Positions 29,403-41,576 are shown, numbered from the stretch's first letter. The stretch: 64,000 bases of DNA from Oligoflexia bacterium (GCA_963758495.1 CAVWVI010000003.1:864001-928000); one strand, 5' to 3'. Notes: generated by a model not told the origin, from the sequence alone. Numbers and translations: made by a program.

Positions 29403-30152
29403 TTACTTACGGAATGGCATTCCGAGCTCAGCCAACAATGCACGACGCATGCTCATTTGTCTTAGCGGTGGTAGTAATTGTCACGGTCATCCCGCGTACC
29501 TTATCCACCTTGTCATAATTAATTTCCGGAAAAATAATTTGTTCGCGAATTCCGAGAGAATAATTCCCACGGCCATCGAACGCCTTTACTGTTCACTCCT
29601 TTAAAGTCTCTGAACTCGAGGTAATGCAACATTCATCACTCGATCCAGGAACTCATACATCCTAGCACGTCTTAAAGTGACCATGACACCCACAGCATTC
29701 CCGCTTCTTACTTTGAACGCAGCAATCGCTTTACGTGCTCGGGTCATTACTGGCTTCTGTCCAGTAATTGCCATAATCTCTTCAAATGTACCATCCAATA
29801 CCTTGGGATTAGCTACAGCATCCTTTACCGCGCAATTCACTACAATCTTAGTGAGGCGAGGAACCTGCATTGGATTCTTAAATTGAAATTCCTTCATTAA
29901 AGCCGGTACAACTTTAGAGTTGTAATGACTTAACAACCTTGCAGGAGTCTTACTCGGAGAGGTCTTTGTCTCTCCTGGAGCAGCAATTTTCACAGCAGAA
30001 GCTGCGGCATCTTCTTTTGCCTTCTTCGCCTTTGCACGATTAGCTTCTGCTGCGGCCTTTTTTGCCTCAGTTTTAGCTTTCGCTGCAGCGACATCAGTAT
30101 TGTCGTCTGAGCCGCCCTTCTTTTTGTCACCATCACTTTTTGCTGCTACCAC
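29403..30152 (-). CDS. rplE: 50S ribosomal protein L5 with Ala/Lys-rich N-terminal extension (frameshifted)
   Basis: [35 protein letters not shown] and LGMPFRK* lie in other frames. Confidence 0.95.
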
Positions 30153-30171
30153 TTTCTACCTCCTGTCTGAG

Positions 30172-30559
30172 TCACGCTAGATCTAAGGATTCATCACAGC
30201 GCTTACAGACGCGAATCTTTACATGCCGAATAATTGCCTTTGAATCACCTGCATTGGTCTTCTTAGTCGCCGACTTCTCTACCAACTTACTCTTGTGTCG
30301 TACACCCCGGTTACACTTTGGGCAATGTAAGAGCACATTTGAGTAATGAAGTGGTAATTCTTTCTCAACAATACCACCTGCATTACCGGCAGTCGGACGA
30401 GTATGCCGTTTAACCACATTGATTTTTTCAACAGTCACACGTCCTGTTTTCGAATCAATCTTTAAGAATTTTTCCTGCTTTGCCTTTTTCACGACCCGCA
30501 ATTACCTGTACTTGGTCATTTTTACGGAGCGAGAATTTAAGACGTTCTACATTAATCAT
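30172..30559 (-). CDS. rplX: 50S ribosomal protein L24 (frameshifted near 30462)
   Basis: LRKNDQVQVIAGREKGKAG, then GGIVEKELPLHYSNV in a shifted frame. Confidence 0.93.
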
Positions 30560-30565
30560 AAAACC

Positions 30566-30934
30566 TCACAACACCTCGGGCGCTAAAGAAATAATCTTCG
30601 TAAACGCCCTTGCACGAAGCTCTCGAGCTACAGGCCCAAAAATACGTGTCCCGATCGGCTCATTTTGAGCATTGATCAAAACGGCAGAGTTCGTATCAAA
30701 ACGAACATAAGTACCATCATGACGATTGACTTCTTTTTTCGTTCGAACAATTACGGCCTTTAGAATTTCACCTTTTTTTACTTTTCCATTTGGGGCTGCA
30801 TCTTTAACGGTCACAACAATGACATCTCCCAAAGAAGCATATTTCCGTCTAGTGCCACCTAAAACTTTGATGCACATTACAGATTTTGCACCGGAATTAT
30901 CAGCGACGTCTAAACGAGTGCGCATTTGAATCAT
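30566..30934 (-). CDS. rplN: 50S ribosomal protein L14
   Basis: [27 protein letters not shown]. Confidence 0.98.
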   Translation of the reverse strand: MIQMRTRLDVADNSGAKSVMCIKVLGGTRRKYASLGDVIVVTVKDAAPNGKVKKGEILKAVIVRTKKEVNRHDGTYVRFDTNSAVLINAQNEPIGTRIFGPVARELRARAFTKIISLAPEVL

Positions 30935-30955
30935 AATAAACCTCCTGCTCTACCC

Positions 30956-31292
30956 TTAGACGTTCGCCTCTGGGGCTTGACCTGCTCGACGAATAATTGA
31001 TTGCAACACCCAACTTTTTTCACGGCTGAGCGGGCGTGATTCAGTCAAAATCACCCGATCTCCGATTTTCGCATCATTCTTCTCGTCGTGCGCCTTATAT
31101 CGCCGTGATTCTCTCAACATACTTCTTGTAGAGCGAATGACGAACCTGGCGATCCACTTTGACGACGATGGTCTTTTGCATTTTATCACTTACTACAACA
31201 CCCACAACCGCGCGCCTTTTCTGTAATGGATTTCGTTCATCCTTTTCCATTTCAGATTTTGGCTGGCTGGCCTGCTTTTGCTCAGTCACCAT
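30956..31292 (-). CDS. rpsQ: 30S ribosomal protein S17 (frameshifted)
   Basis: [14 protein letters not shown] and [13 protein letters not shown] in two frames. Confidence 0.93.
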
Positions 31293-31297
31293 ATTTC

Positions 31298-31521
31298 TTA
31301 CCTCGCCGCCTTCGCTAACTTCGCTAGACTTCATTTGGCCTTGAAGCATTTTGATTCGAGCCAAATCCTTACGTAAACGCCAAATGCTTGCAGTATCTTC
31401 TAACTGTCCAGTCACCTTTTTCATACGAATTTGAAAAAGCTGCTGCTTCAGATTCACGAGCTTTCATCACAAGCTCATCTTTGGACAAGTCCTTTAGCTC
31501 TCTAAAACGCTTCGTTGACAC
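31298..31521 (-). CDS. rpmC: 50S ribosomal protein L29 (frameshifted; end approximate)
   Basis: [10 protein letters not shown] then [19 protein letters not shown]; position between rplP and rpsQ. Confidence 0.88.
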
Positions 31522-31533
31522 GTTCTCTCCTTC

Positions 31534-32049
31534 TCAACCCTTAACCTGTGAGGGGGTTCCCGCTGCAGAGGTTACTGCGGCAGCCTTTTTTGCCTGTTTT
31601 GCCTGACGTACTGCCTGAAGTTGGCTTACTGCCAAGGCTTCAGACTCTTTACTAATCGGCTTACAATGAATTGGCAGTTTATTATTTGCTAATCGTAGCG
31701 CTTCAAAAGCTTCGCTTTGCGGAATTCCATCCATCTCGAAAATAACTCGGCCTGGCTTAATAACTGCTGCCCATTCTTCCACATTACCTTTACCGGAACC
31801 CATTCGAGTTTCTGCTGCCTTTTTCGTGATCGCTTTATCAGGAAAAACTCGAATCCAAATTTTTCCGCCTCTTTTCACATAACGAGTCATCGCTACACGA
31901 GAAGCTTCAATCTGCTTAGAGGTAATTCGACCGCACTCTGTTGCCTGCAGACCAAATTGGCCGAAGAACAAAGTGCCGCCACGATCAGCCTTTCCACGCA
32001 TTTTTCCTTTTTGCTGCTTACGCCACTTAACTCTTTTGGGTGATAACAT
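31534..32049 (-). CDS. rplP: 50S ribosomal protein L16 with C-terminal extension
   Basis: [25 protein letters not shown]. Confidence 0.97.
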   Translation of the reverse strand: MLSPKRVKWRKQQKGKMRGKADRGGTLFFGQFGLQATECGRITSKQIEASRVAMTRYVKRGGKIWIRVFPDKAITKKAAETRMGSGKGNVEEWAAVIKPGRVIFEMDGIPQSEAFEALRLANNKLPIHCKPISKESEALAVSQLQAVRQAKQAKKAAAVTSAAGTPSQVKG

Positions 32050-32058
32050 AATTAATCC

Positions 32059-32732
32059 TTACGTCCCTTGCATAGCCTTAGCTTCAAGAGCTGCCTGTTT
32101 CTTCAAGGTATGCACCTCGCCGTGGTACACCCATGCTTTAACGCCAATCACTCCATAAGTCGTACGAGCTTCTGCAGTACCGTAATCAATATTCGCTCGC
32201 AGAGTATGCAATGGAACACTGTCTTCGCTATACCATTCAGTACGAGCGATTTCAGCGCCTCCAAGACGTCCAGATACTCGAATTTTAATTCCCTTAATGC
32301 CTTGCTTAAATGCAGCGGTCATACACTTCTTCATCGCTCGACGAAAAGCAACTCGCTTTTCAAGCTGTGAAGCCACATTTTCAGCAATCAAGGTTGCATT
32401 TGATTCTGGCTTTTTCACTTCAATGATATTCAAAAACACTTCATTTTTTGAAAGCTTTTGAACATCACTCTTTAAGGATTCAACGCCAGCACCTTTTTTC
32501 CCAATCACGATTCCAGGACGAGCAGTGTGAACATTAATCTTCACTTTATTTGCAGCGCGCTCAATTTCAATCCGAGCAATCCCTGCACCCTGAAGCTTCT
32601 CTTTCAGATGTTCACGAAGACTGAATATCTTCATGCAATAAGTCGACTGTAATCGCGTTTTGCGAACCAGCGACTATCCCAAGTTCGGGTAATTCCTAAG
32701 CGAAATCCAACTGGATTAACTTTTTGACCCAT
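32059..32732 (-). CDS. rpsC: 30S ribosomal protein S3 (frameshifted near 32640)
   Basis: [13 protein letters not shown] start; [26 protein letters not shown]. Confidence 0.95.
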
Positions 32733-32742
32733 GTTCTCCTCA

Positions 32743-33079
32743 TCACCGCTCTGCGAGCGTTACGCTCACGTGGCTAGTTTTCTTATTAATTCGAAATGCA
32801 GACCCTTTAGCTCGCGGACGAAAACGCTTCAAGTGTGGTGCCTTGACCTACTAAAATCGTCTTCACAAAAAGAGTGTCCACATCAACTGTTCCCTTTTGG
32901 TCCGCATTCGCCGCTGCACTCTTCAACAGTGTGTGCAGCACATGGGCAGTACGCTTTCTCGGAGAGAACTGCAAATAAGTCAACGCCTCGTTGATTCCCT
33001 TGCCTCTAACCTCATCCGCCAGCAAACCCATCTTTCTTGGGGTAATTCGGACAAAACTAACTTTTGCTGTAACTTGCAT
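32743..33079 (-). CDS. rplV: 50S ribosomal protein L22 (frameshifted)
   Basis: [30 protein letters not shown] in a shifted frame. Confidence 0.94.
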
Positions 33080-33093
33080 TGCTTACTCCTACT

Positions 33094-33452
33094 TTAAGCT
33101 TTCGACGAAGCGGCTGCACCGCTTCCTCCGGCTTTAGGTGCTCCAGCTCCCGCTGACGGTGCACTGCTGATGCCCCCTCTGCGGCCTTCTTATCCGCTGG
33201 AGTATGTCCATGGAAGGTACGAGTAGTAGAAAACTCACCTAACTTATGACCCACCATGTTTTCAGTTACATAAACAGGAACAAACTTCTTTCCGTTATGA
33301 ACCGCAAAGGTCAAACCTACAAAATCAGGCAATACTGTAGATCGGCGAGACCAAGTTTTGATCACTTTACGATCTTGGGCCTGCCGTGCAGTTTGAACCT
33401 TCTTTACCAGATGTTCATCACAAAAAGGGCCTTTTTTAATTGAACGGGCCAC
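33094..33452 (-). CDS. rpsS: 30S ribosomal protein S19 with C-terminal tail (probable frameshift in tail)
   Basis: [28 protein letters not shown]. Confidence 0.95.
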
Positions 33453-33464
33453 GATTCACTCTCC

Positions 33465-34303
33465 TTACCGACGATGTTTCACGATAAAAGCGTCAGTACG
33501 CTTGTTGTTACGAGTTTTATATCCTTTGGTAGGTACACCCCAAGGTGTACGAGGATGACCACCTCCGGATGACTTTTCCTTCACCACCACCATGCGGGTG
33601 ATCGATAGGATTCATCGAAACACCTCGGTTTGTGGGACGAACTCCCAACCAACGATTACGACCAGCTTTACCAATCGTCATATTCTCATGGTCTGTATTA
33701 GATAACTGACCAATCGATGCACGACAACGAGCATGAAGCAAGCGAATTTCACCACTCGGCATTTTAACCTGGCAGTAGTCGCCTTCTTTTGCCATCAATT
33801 GAGCAAATCCACCAGCTGAACGACCTAGTTTACCACCATGACCTGGCTCGACTTCAATATTATGAATCAGAGTTCCGACAGGAATCGCAGATAACGAAAG
33901 ATTATTTCCTGGCTTAATATCAGCTTGATCACTCGCTAATACTGGATCACCTACATTCAAATTGAGAGGAGCAAGAATATAACGTCTTCTCACCATCCTC
34001 ATAATTTAAAAGAGCAATGTAAGCTGTACGATTTGGATCATACTCTACGAGATGCTACATTTGCTGGAATCTCACGCTTGTCACGAAGAAAATCAATCAC
34101 GCGATACTTGCGCTTATGACCGCCACCGATGTGACGAACAGTCATCTTCCCAAATTGGTTACGTCCACCGGTTTTATTGAAAGCGACTATCAAGCTTTCT
34201 TGGCTTGTGAGGCTGCTTCTTCTGTAGGTGTCAGAACCGAAAAATCTGCAACAGTTTTGTATCGCAGAGACGGTGTAATTGGTTTAAAGGATTTAATCGC
34301 CAT
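33465..34303 (-). CDS. rplB: 50S ribosomal protein L2 (several frameshifts)
   Basis: [37 protein letters not shown] spread over frames. Confidence 0.95.
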
Positions 34304-34311
34304 AGATCAAC

Positions 34312-34602
34312 TCACTTTGTTTGGAAGAATTCAATCTTCTGACCTTCAGCCAAAGTGACCAGCGCTTTCTTCCAATTAGGGCGTTTTGTCTCAAAGCGTC
34401 CAACACGCTTTACTTTGCCATGCATGACCATTGTTCGAACATCACGAACCTTAACATTAAATAGGTGTTGAACTGCGTCCCTGATTTCTTGTTTGTTGGC
34501 TTTCAATGCGACTTCAAAAGCATAACGACCTGCCACTTCGGCAAGAGCTGTGCTTTTTTCGCTGATAATGGGCCTACGAATAACTTCATAAAGTGTACGC
34601 AT
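34312..34602 (-). CDS. rplW: 50S ribosomal protein L23
   Basis: [21 protein letters not shown]. Confidence 0.97.
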   Translation of the reverse strand: MRTLYEVIRRPIISEKSTALAEVAGRYAFEVALKANKQEIRDAVQHLFNVKVRDVRTMVMHGKVKRVGRFETKRPNWKKALVTLAEGQKIEFFQTK

Positions 34603-34615
34603 TCGTCACCTCACC

Positions 34616-35248
34616 TTAACTCGTCGGTGCTAGACGAGTTTCAATCGCTTGCACTGCTCGTTTCGTAAATACAACCCATTCATTTCGAACCACATCATAG
34701 ACATTTAACCCTTCAGTCCGAAGAACTTTCACTCGTGGCAATATTACGCCCAGAAAGCTCTAAATTCGGATTCGCATCATCTACGATCAGAACTTGATCT
34801 AGTTGAAGTTTACTCTTAAGAATTGCATCTAATACTTTGGTCTTTGCTCGCTTCAAGAGTTGAACTCATCCACTACAAGAAGACGATTCGCCTTTACACG
34901 ATCAGAAAGAGCTGACCGCAAAGCTCCACGAACCATTTCCTTAGGTGTAGCTTGCTCGTAAGATCTAGGTTGAGGACCGAAGTTTTGACCACCACCTGGC
35001 TGCAACGGAGAACGGATAGAACCTTGTCGTGCGTTACCTGTTCCTTTTTGACGGAATGGCTTACGACCACCCCCTCGAACTTCTGACTTTGTCTTGGTCT
35101 TAGCGGTTCCTTGACGACGACCTGCAAGCTGAGCCTTAAGTACTTGATGCACTAAAGGTACATTTACAGCTACAGCAAACACATCATCACGAAGCTCGAT
35201 AGTTCCGACTTTTTCCTTTTCTTGATTAATTAATTCTAAAGTTGGCAT
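34616..35248 (-). CDS. rplD: 50S ribosomal protein L4 (frameshifted)
   Basis: [33 protein letters not shown] in a later frame. Confidence 0.95.
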
Positions 35249-35251
35249 ATC

Positions 35252-36001
35252 TTACCCTGCGTTCTTCACAGTTCGGCGAATGGTCACGATCCCACTCCGA
35301 GGTCCTGGAACACTCCCGTGAACCAAAAGAAGCTGGTTTTCGAGATCGACTCGAACAACTCGAACATTTTCAACGGTTACTCGCTCGTTGCCCATTTGAC
35401 CGGCCATTTTTTTGTTTTTGAAACACTTTCCAGGATCAGCACGATTACCGATAGAACCCAACGAACGGTGAGAAAGGGACGCGCCGTGGGTTTTGTAACC
35501 ACCGGCCATGTGGAAACGCTTCATTCCACCTTGAAATCCTTTACCTTTACTGACTGCAGTCAAATCGACTAAGTCGCCTGGCTTTAACAAATTCAGGAGA
35601 AAGCGCTTTTCCGACAGTTAAGCCATCTAAGCTTGCCATCAGCAGGAAGACGAAATTCTTGATAATGATAAAAACCTGTAGCACCAGCTGGCTTAACATG
35701 ACCTTGTTCAGACTTAGTTGCTGCTTTAGCTTTCTTTTCCAGAAAACCGACTTGAACAGCTTGATATCCATTTGTCTTCTGTGTTTTAACTTGTGTAATC
35801 ACAGTTGGTTTCAGATCAATGACTGTTACAGCAATCGAATCGCCATTTTCGTTATAGACTTGAGTCATGCCTGCTTTAACGCCCAAAATGCCGCCTCGGC
35901 CTTGAGCTAAAGCTACACGTTCACGCGACAGCTAAATCTTTATGTGCACTTTGCGCAGTGGAATCACCGCTACTAGCCTGTGCATCCGGCTTTTGTTCCA
36001 T
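35252..36001 (-). CDS. rplC: 50S ribosomal protein L3 with N-terminal extension (frameshifted; start inferred)
   Basis: GVKAGMTQ, GYQAVQ, SKGKGFQG, KKMAGQMG, GSVPG; GGAGAG before ATG 36001. Confidence 0.93.
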
Positions 36002-36267
36002 AATGCTCTCCAAGACGAATTATTCGTCCTTTTCAATCTTTCTTACGAACCTACCGTCACAGCATCACCGGGAAGCCGCCTTGTTTTTATTTTAGGCCGC
36101 CGGATGCTTTCATGCGATAATCGTTGAGTTTGTCGACTTTCCCTTTGGGAATACCTTTTACGGTAATGCAAAGAGGAGTTTCGATCTTACTCCATTTGTG
36201 CTCTGCGCCTAATGCGCAAATTTAAACACACAAGAACCATCTTAAATTTTGATCTTACAATCAAAAC

Positions 36268-36579
36268 TTAAGACTTAATCTCAACATCAACTCCTGCTGA
36301 CAAATCGAGCTTCATCAACGAGTCAACCGTCTGCTGTGTCGGCTCAAGGATATCCAAAAGCCGCTTATGAGTTCGAACTTCGAACTGTTCACGGGACTTT
36401 TTATCTACATGAGGCGAACGCAAAACGCAATACTTATTAATCACAGTTGGAAGCGGAATTGGGCCACGGACTGTGGCACCTGTTCGCTTTGCTGTATTCA
36501 CGATTTCCCAGACGGACTGATCGAGAACACGATGATCAAAAGCTTTTAATTTAATTCTAATTTTATGTTCCATTGCCAT
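36268..36579 (-). CDS. rpsJ: 30S ribosomal protein S10
   Basis: [30 protein letters not shown]. Confidence 0.98.
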   Translation of the reverse strand: MAMEHKIRIKLKAFDHRVLDQSVWEIVNTAKRTGATVRGPIPLPTVINKYCVLRSPHVDKKSREQFEVRTHKRLLDILEPTQQTVDSLMKLDLSAGVDVEIKS

Positions 36580-36718
36580 AATTCACATCTCCATAATTAA
36601 TATACAAAGGGTAGTTACCTTGGCACCGATGTGATACCGAACCAAGCAATCTATCCCTAAACGTCAGAAGAAGCGTTTTATACAAGGTTTAAAAATCAAA
36701 AACAACTGAAAAAAGAGC

Positions 36719-38813
36719 TCATCTTATAATTATGCCAGATTTAATTTTGATCTCTTCAGCAATCTGGGGAGGAACGGGCTCATAATGAGCAAATTCCATA
36801 GTATACGTTGCGCGGCCTTGAGAAGAAGACCTGAGAGCAGTGGAGTATCCAAACATAGTCGCTAGAGGCACTTCAGCCTTAATCACTTGAAGCCCATGTC
36901 TTGATGACATATTAATAATTTTTCCACGACGACTATTTAAATCCCCAATAACTCCGCCCATGTAATCATCGGGACACACAATCTCACACGACATCATGGG
37001 CTCCAAAATAAGTGGAGTTGCTTTCAGAGCAGCCTCTCTAAATGCCATAGATGCTGCAATTTTATAAGCTATTTCAGTTGAGTCCACATCATGAAAGGAC
37101 CCATCCAGTAGGGTCGCCTTAATATCCACCACTGGATATCCCGCAACAATCCCCCCAAGCATAGATTCGCTGAATCCCTTTATCTACTGCCGGAATAAAT
37201 TCCTTTGGAATCGCTCCCTCTCGAATCGAATTTACAAATTGATATCCGAGACCTTTACTTAAAGGTTCAAACTTCAGTACGCAATGACCGTATTGACCTT
37301 TGCCACCGGACTGCCGAATAAACTTACCTTCGCCTTGAGCAGTCTGAGAAATAGTTTCTTTATAAGAAACTTGCGGCTGACCTACATTTCCTTCAATTTT
37401 GAACTCGCGGCGCATTCGATCAACGATAATCTCTAAATGAAGCTCACCCATACCACTAATGAGCGTCTGCCCAGTATCTTCATTAGAGTGAACACGAAAA
37501 GAGGGATCTTCCATGGCAAGCCGCTGTAACGAAGTCGCCAATTTTTCTTGATCAGCCTTCGTTTTTGGTTCAATCGCAATAGAAATCACAGGCTCAGGAA
37601 ACTCAATTTTTTCGAGTAGAATAGGATGAGCTTCATTACATAAAGTATCACCTGTAAAAGTAAAACGAAGGCCGACGGCCGCTGCTATATCACCTGCTTC
37701 AACTTTCGAAATATCTTCACGTTTATTTGCGTGCATCTGGAGCAATCTTCCTAATCGCTCACGTTTGCCTTTAGCGGCGTTATAAACCATTACTCCTGAT
37801 TCAATACTTCCTGAATAAACACGAAAATAAGTCAGCTGACCTACATAAGGATCATTCATGATTTTGAAAGCAAGAGCCGCAAAAGGCTCATCTGCACTCG
37901 CTTTTCTAGTAAGAATTTTTTCTTCGTTGTGGAGATCTTTGCCTTCAATAGGAGGCTTATCTAAAGGTGATGGCAGATAATCCACAATTGCATCTAGCAA
38001 GGGCTGGACACCTTTATTTTTAAAACTAGCCCCGCAAATCACGGGAACCAACTTCATCGCTAAACAGCCTTTTCGAATGGCTCCACGAATCTCGTCTGAA
38101 GTTAACGTTTGACCATTTAAATACTTATCGGTGATCTCATCATCACAGTCTGCGGCTGCCTCTAAGAGCTTCTCTCTGTACTCTTGAGCTTCAGCACGCA
38201 ATTCCTCTGGAATCTCATGTTTTTCAAAAGTTGCTCCGAGATCTTCCGATTGCCAAACAACAGCATTCATTTCAATGAGATCAATAATTCCCTGAAATGA
38301 CGTCTTCCTTACCCCAAGGAAGCTGAAGAAGCAACAGGACGGGCATTTAAACGCTCTTGAATTTGCGTAACAACATCAAAAAAATCCGCTCCCACACGAT
38401 CCATTTTATTGATGAAAGCAATTCGAGGAACATGGTATTTATTTGCTTGTCGCCAAACTGTTTCGGATTGAGGCTCAACTCCTCCCACAGCACAAAAAAC
38501 TGCGACTGCACCATCGAGAACACGCAGATGAACGTTCAACTTCAATCGTGAAATCAACGTGTCCAGGAGTATCAATGATATTGATTCGATGATTACGCCA
38601 AAAACAGGTGGTTGCCGCAGATGTAATCGTAATCCCACGCTCTTGCTCTTGCGGCATCCAATCCATGACGGTCGTGCCTTCATGCACTTCACCTAATTTA
38701 TGCGTCTTACCGGTATAATAAAGAATTCGTTCAGTTGTCGTCGTCTTACCGGCATCAATATGGGCCATGATGCCGATATTACGAGTCTTTGTACTCTGAA
38801 GTTGGCTCACCAT
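36719..38813 (-). CDS. fusA: Elongation factor G (split by at least three frameshifts)
   Basis: [44 protein letters not shown] in successive ORF pieces. Confidence 0.96.
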
Positions 38814-39277
38814 CGATAGTGTGCAAAAGCTTTATTAGCTTCAGCCATTTTATGAACGTCTTCACGCTTTTTCATTGCGCCACCACGACCATTGGAAGCT
38901 TCAATCATCTCTGCAGCTAGACGTTCGGCCATAGAATGCTCAGGACGAGTACGTGCTGATTCGATCAACCAGCGAGATGCCAGAGATTGGCGACGAGCAG
39001 GCTTCACTTCTACAGGAACCTGATAGGTAGCACCACCGACTCGGCGGGACTTGACTTCGAGAAGAGGCTTTACGTTTTCAAGAGCTTTCTTGAAAAGCTT
39101 AAGACCATCTTCACCCGTGCGAGTTTGCATTACATCTACACAGCCATAGAAAATGCTCTCAGCTGTTGATTTCTTACCTTCTTTGAGGAGGCTGCTAATA
39201 AATTTAGCAACAACTACATCATTGAATTTCGGATCAGGTAGAATTTCACGTTTACGAATATAATTTTTACGGCCCAT
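38807..39277 (-). CDS. rpsG: 30S ribosomal protein S7
   Basis: [28 protein letters not shown]. Confidence 0.98.
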   Translation of the reverse strand: MGRKNYIRKREILPDPKFNDVVVAKFISSLLKEGKKSTAESIFYGCVDVMQTRTGEDGLKLFKKALENVKPLLEVKSRRVGGATYQVPVEVKPARRQSLASRWLIESARTRPEHSMAERLAAEMIEASNGRGGAMKKREDVHKMAEANKAFAHYRW

Positions 39278-39305
39278 TTCAATCGTTCCTTAAATTGAAT
39301 TAAAT

Positions 39306-39705
39306 TTACTTCGCTGCGGGTGCTGCAGCTCCTGAAGCTACGCGTTTTGCACCATACTTCGAGCGACTTTGCTTTCGATTTGCCACACCCTGTGCATCGA
39401 GAGTACCTCGCACAGTATGGTAACGAACACCTGGAAGGTCTTTTACTCGGCCTCCGCGAATTAAGAACAATAGAGTGTTCTTGGAGGTTATGACCAATAC
39501 CTGGAATGTAAGAAGTAACTTCATACCCGTTTGTCAGTCGAACACGGCAAACCTTACGAAGTGCCGAATTAGGCTTCTTCGGAGTGGTTGTATAAACACG
39601 CGTACAAACGCCGCGGCGTTGTGGGCAACTTTGAAGAGCTGGAGACTTGGTCTTCCATGGCTTATTTGTGCGGCCCTTTCGAATGAGCTGATTGATCGTG
39701 GGCAT
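39306..39705 (-). CDS. rpsL: 30S ribosomal protein S12 (frameshift near 39463)
   Basis: [17 protein letters not shown], then [13 protein letters not shown] in another frame. Confidence 0.96.
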
Positions 39706-40016
39706 GAACTACGTTTCCTTTCCTATCCATTTCTTTACTAAAATCTAGATTTTTAGCTAAAACTATTTCTCGCCAGGTGTGAGACTAGCTCACAGTTTAA
39801 ATAATACTCCTGGGCGCGAAGGCCCAGAAAATAGACGAGTAAGAAGATATGGTCAAGAGGAATCTCTTGTTTGTTAGCTTTCCACCCGCAGTTTATAGAT
39901 TAATTTCTAGGTATTTTGAATTCCAAAGCCAAAAACCCATTGAAAATTCAATTTATATCAACTTACGACTCAATTACTTGACATAAATACTTTTATAAAT
40001 TCAATCCATAAAGCAG

Positions 40017-40032
40017 TGGCCCTTCGATTGCA
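40017..40032 (+). promoter_or_regulatory. Candidate sigma-54 promoter for the OMP gene at 40062
   Basis: TGGCCCTTCGATTGCA, one mismatch to TGGCAC-N5-TTGCW. Confidence 0.5.
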
Positions 40033-40061
40033 TCTTCTTCGTCAACAAAAGGACGATACAA

Positions 40062-40595
40062 ATGAAATCTACCCTATCATCCCTCTCGATTAGCTCTCTC
40101 AGCTTGATTACACTCACTTTTTTTGCACTGAGTTTACGCTGCCAAGCTGAAACTTCTCCTTACTCCGTTGGAGGATTGGCAGGTGTTACTATTGGAAATA
40201 GCACCACGCAATTTACCTTTGGTGCAGAAGGGCAATATCAAATTACCCCCCCCTGGAGCATAGGAGCAGAGATTACTTATTATAATGCTGGATCAGGCAT
40301 CCCTGGAGTTTCTTATAGCAGCAGTTTTACGACTCTCACTGCACAGGGGCTCTATGATTTTAAAGACGTCCTCGAAGGTCTTCATGCAGGAGCTCAATTA
40401 GGTTTGGGGTTTACCTCCACTAATATTCCAGGAGTCTCTGGATCCACCAACTTTATTATCGGTCCGACTGCTGAGTATAACTACATGATGGGGAATCAAA
40501 TTTCGGTGGGCGGTGAAACGACTTTATACTTCAACACACTCAGTGGGAGTTCCCCCATTTTACAAATCTTGGCGGCTGTTAAATACTGGTTTTGA
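40062..40595 (+). CDS. Small outer-membrane beta-barrel protein
   Basis: Signal peptide, alternating amphipathic strands, C-terminal VKYWF. Confidence 0.8.
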   Translation: MKSTLSSLSISSLSLITLTFFALSLRCQAETSPYSVGGLAGVTIGNSTTQFTFGAEGQYQITPPWSIGAEITYYNAGSGIPGVSYSSSFTTLTAQGLYDFKDVLEGLHAGAQLGLGFTSTNIPGVSGSTNFIIGPTAEYNYMMGNQISVGGETTLYFNTLSGSSPILQILAAVKYWF

Positions 40596-40618
40596 TATTT
40601 AATAAAGGATGAGCACCT

Positions 40619-41296
40619 TTATAACATCAATGGAAGACTGACAGAAAATAGAAAATTTGAATGAGTGATGCTATCTCCTGAAGCGAAGTTTGTGACTGTG
40701 CCTCCAGAAGTAATCGAGTTATAAGTCGAATAAATGTATTCCACATTAATGCTCACCAAAGGAATGAGCTTAAACCCTATGCCGCCTTTGATGGAGGAAC
40801 CACCCAGAGTGGATTGAGAATTCGCCGCATTAGATATACCACCCGTGATATCCGTTGCATTGAGTTTATCTAAAAAATTAAAACCACCCCAGACTCGAAG
40901 TGGAAACATAGGCACGTCAACTCCTGCCACAACTCCTAATTTCGTTTTGGAGATACTAGAAAACTCTGAAGTCGTTCCTGAAGGTGGGCTAATGCTCAGG
41001 CTCGGATCATAACTAAAATCTGCCCCCACAAAAAACATTTCGGCAAAACCTATTGAAGCTCGCCCTCCCACACTCACGCCACTCATAGTTCCAAGACTTG
41101 TAGAAGTGCCTGAGAAAGTCTGATTGGTACTTCCCAATCCTTCATAACCTACGTAGGGTTCTACCATAAAAGAAGTGCCGGCCTCTGCATAAGCGCCACT
41201 CATGAAAAACAATCCAGACATAACTATCACCACATTGATTGGATTTTTGAAACGCACGCGGCCTCCTTTTTTATAATAAAACCTAGAATGAATCAC
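40619..41296 (-). CDS. Small outer-membrane beta-barrel protein
   Basis: Signal peptide, VEPYVGY, GGIGFK..SINVEY, terminal strand FSVSLP. Confidence 0.78.
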   Translation of the reverse strand: MIHSRFYYKKGGRVRFKNPINVVIVMSGLFFMSGAYAEAGTSFMVEPYVGYEGLGSTNQTFSGTSTSLGTMSGVSVGGRASIGFAEMFFVGADFSYDPSLSISPPSGTTSEFSSISKTKLGVVAGVDVPMFPLRVWGGFNFLDKLNATDITGGISNAANSQSTLGGSSIKGGIGFKLIPLVSINVEYIYSTYNSITSGGTVTNFASGDSITHSNFLFSVSLPLML

Positions 41297-41576
41297 CCAA
41301 ACTCATAGATGATCATAACTAGATCTAGTGATGATTTCACCTTCTTATTTCTTATAATTTAATTTTCTTTTAGAATTCGTTGAATCGACAAATTATTGTC
41401 GTTTAATCTATTGAAAAACCGACCTCGGAATTAACACCCCGAGCTAATTTCTCTACTGCGGTTGGTATTTTTTCCTCATTGTCTAAATCTAAAACTCCTT
41501 TTAAACTTGTCTAAAGACCAAACAGTCTTATGATGACGGAAAAGCATTACAACAAAAATAAGGGAGATCTTTTCAA

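Noticed and set aside
31095..31457. Apparent L29-S17 fusion ORF
   Set aside because: Lies in the indel-rich zone; an RBS precedes the rpsQ ATG and a plausible rpmC stop exists one frame over
22109..39705. Programmed ribosomal frameshifting or true pseudogenes
   Set aside because: No common slippery signal, essential genes, conserved sequence on both sides; sequencing error is more parsimonious
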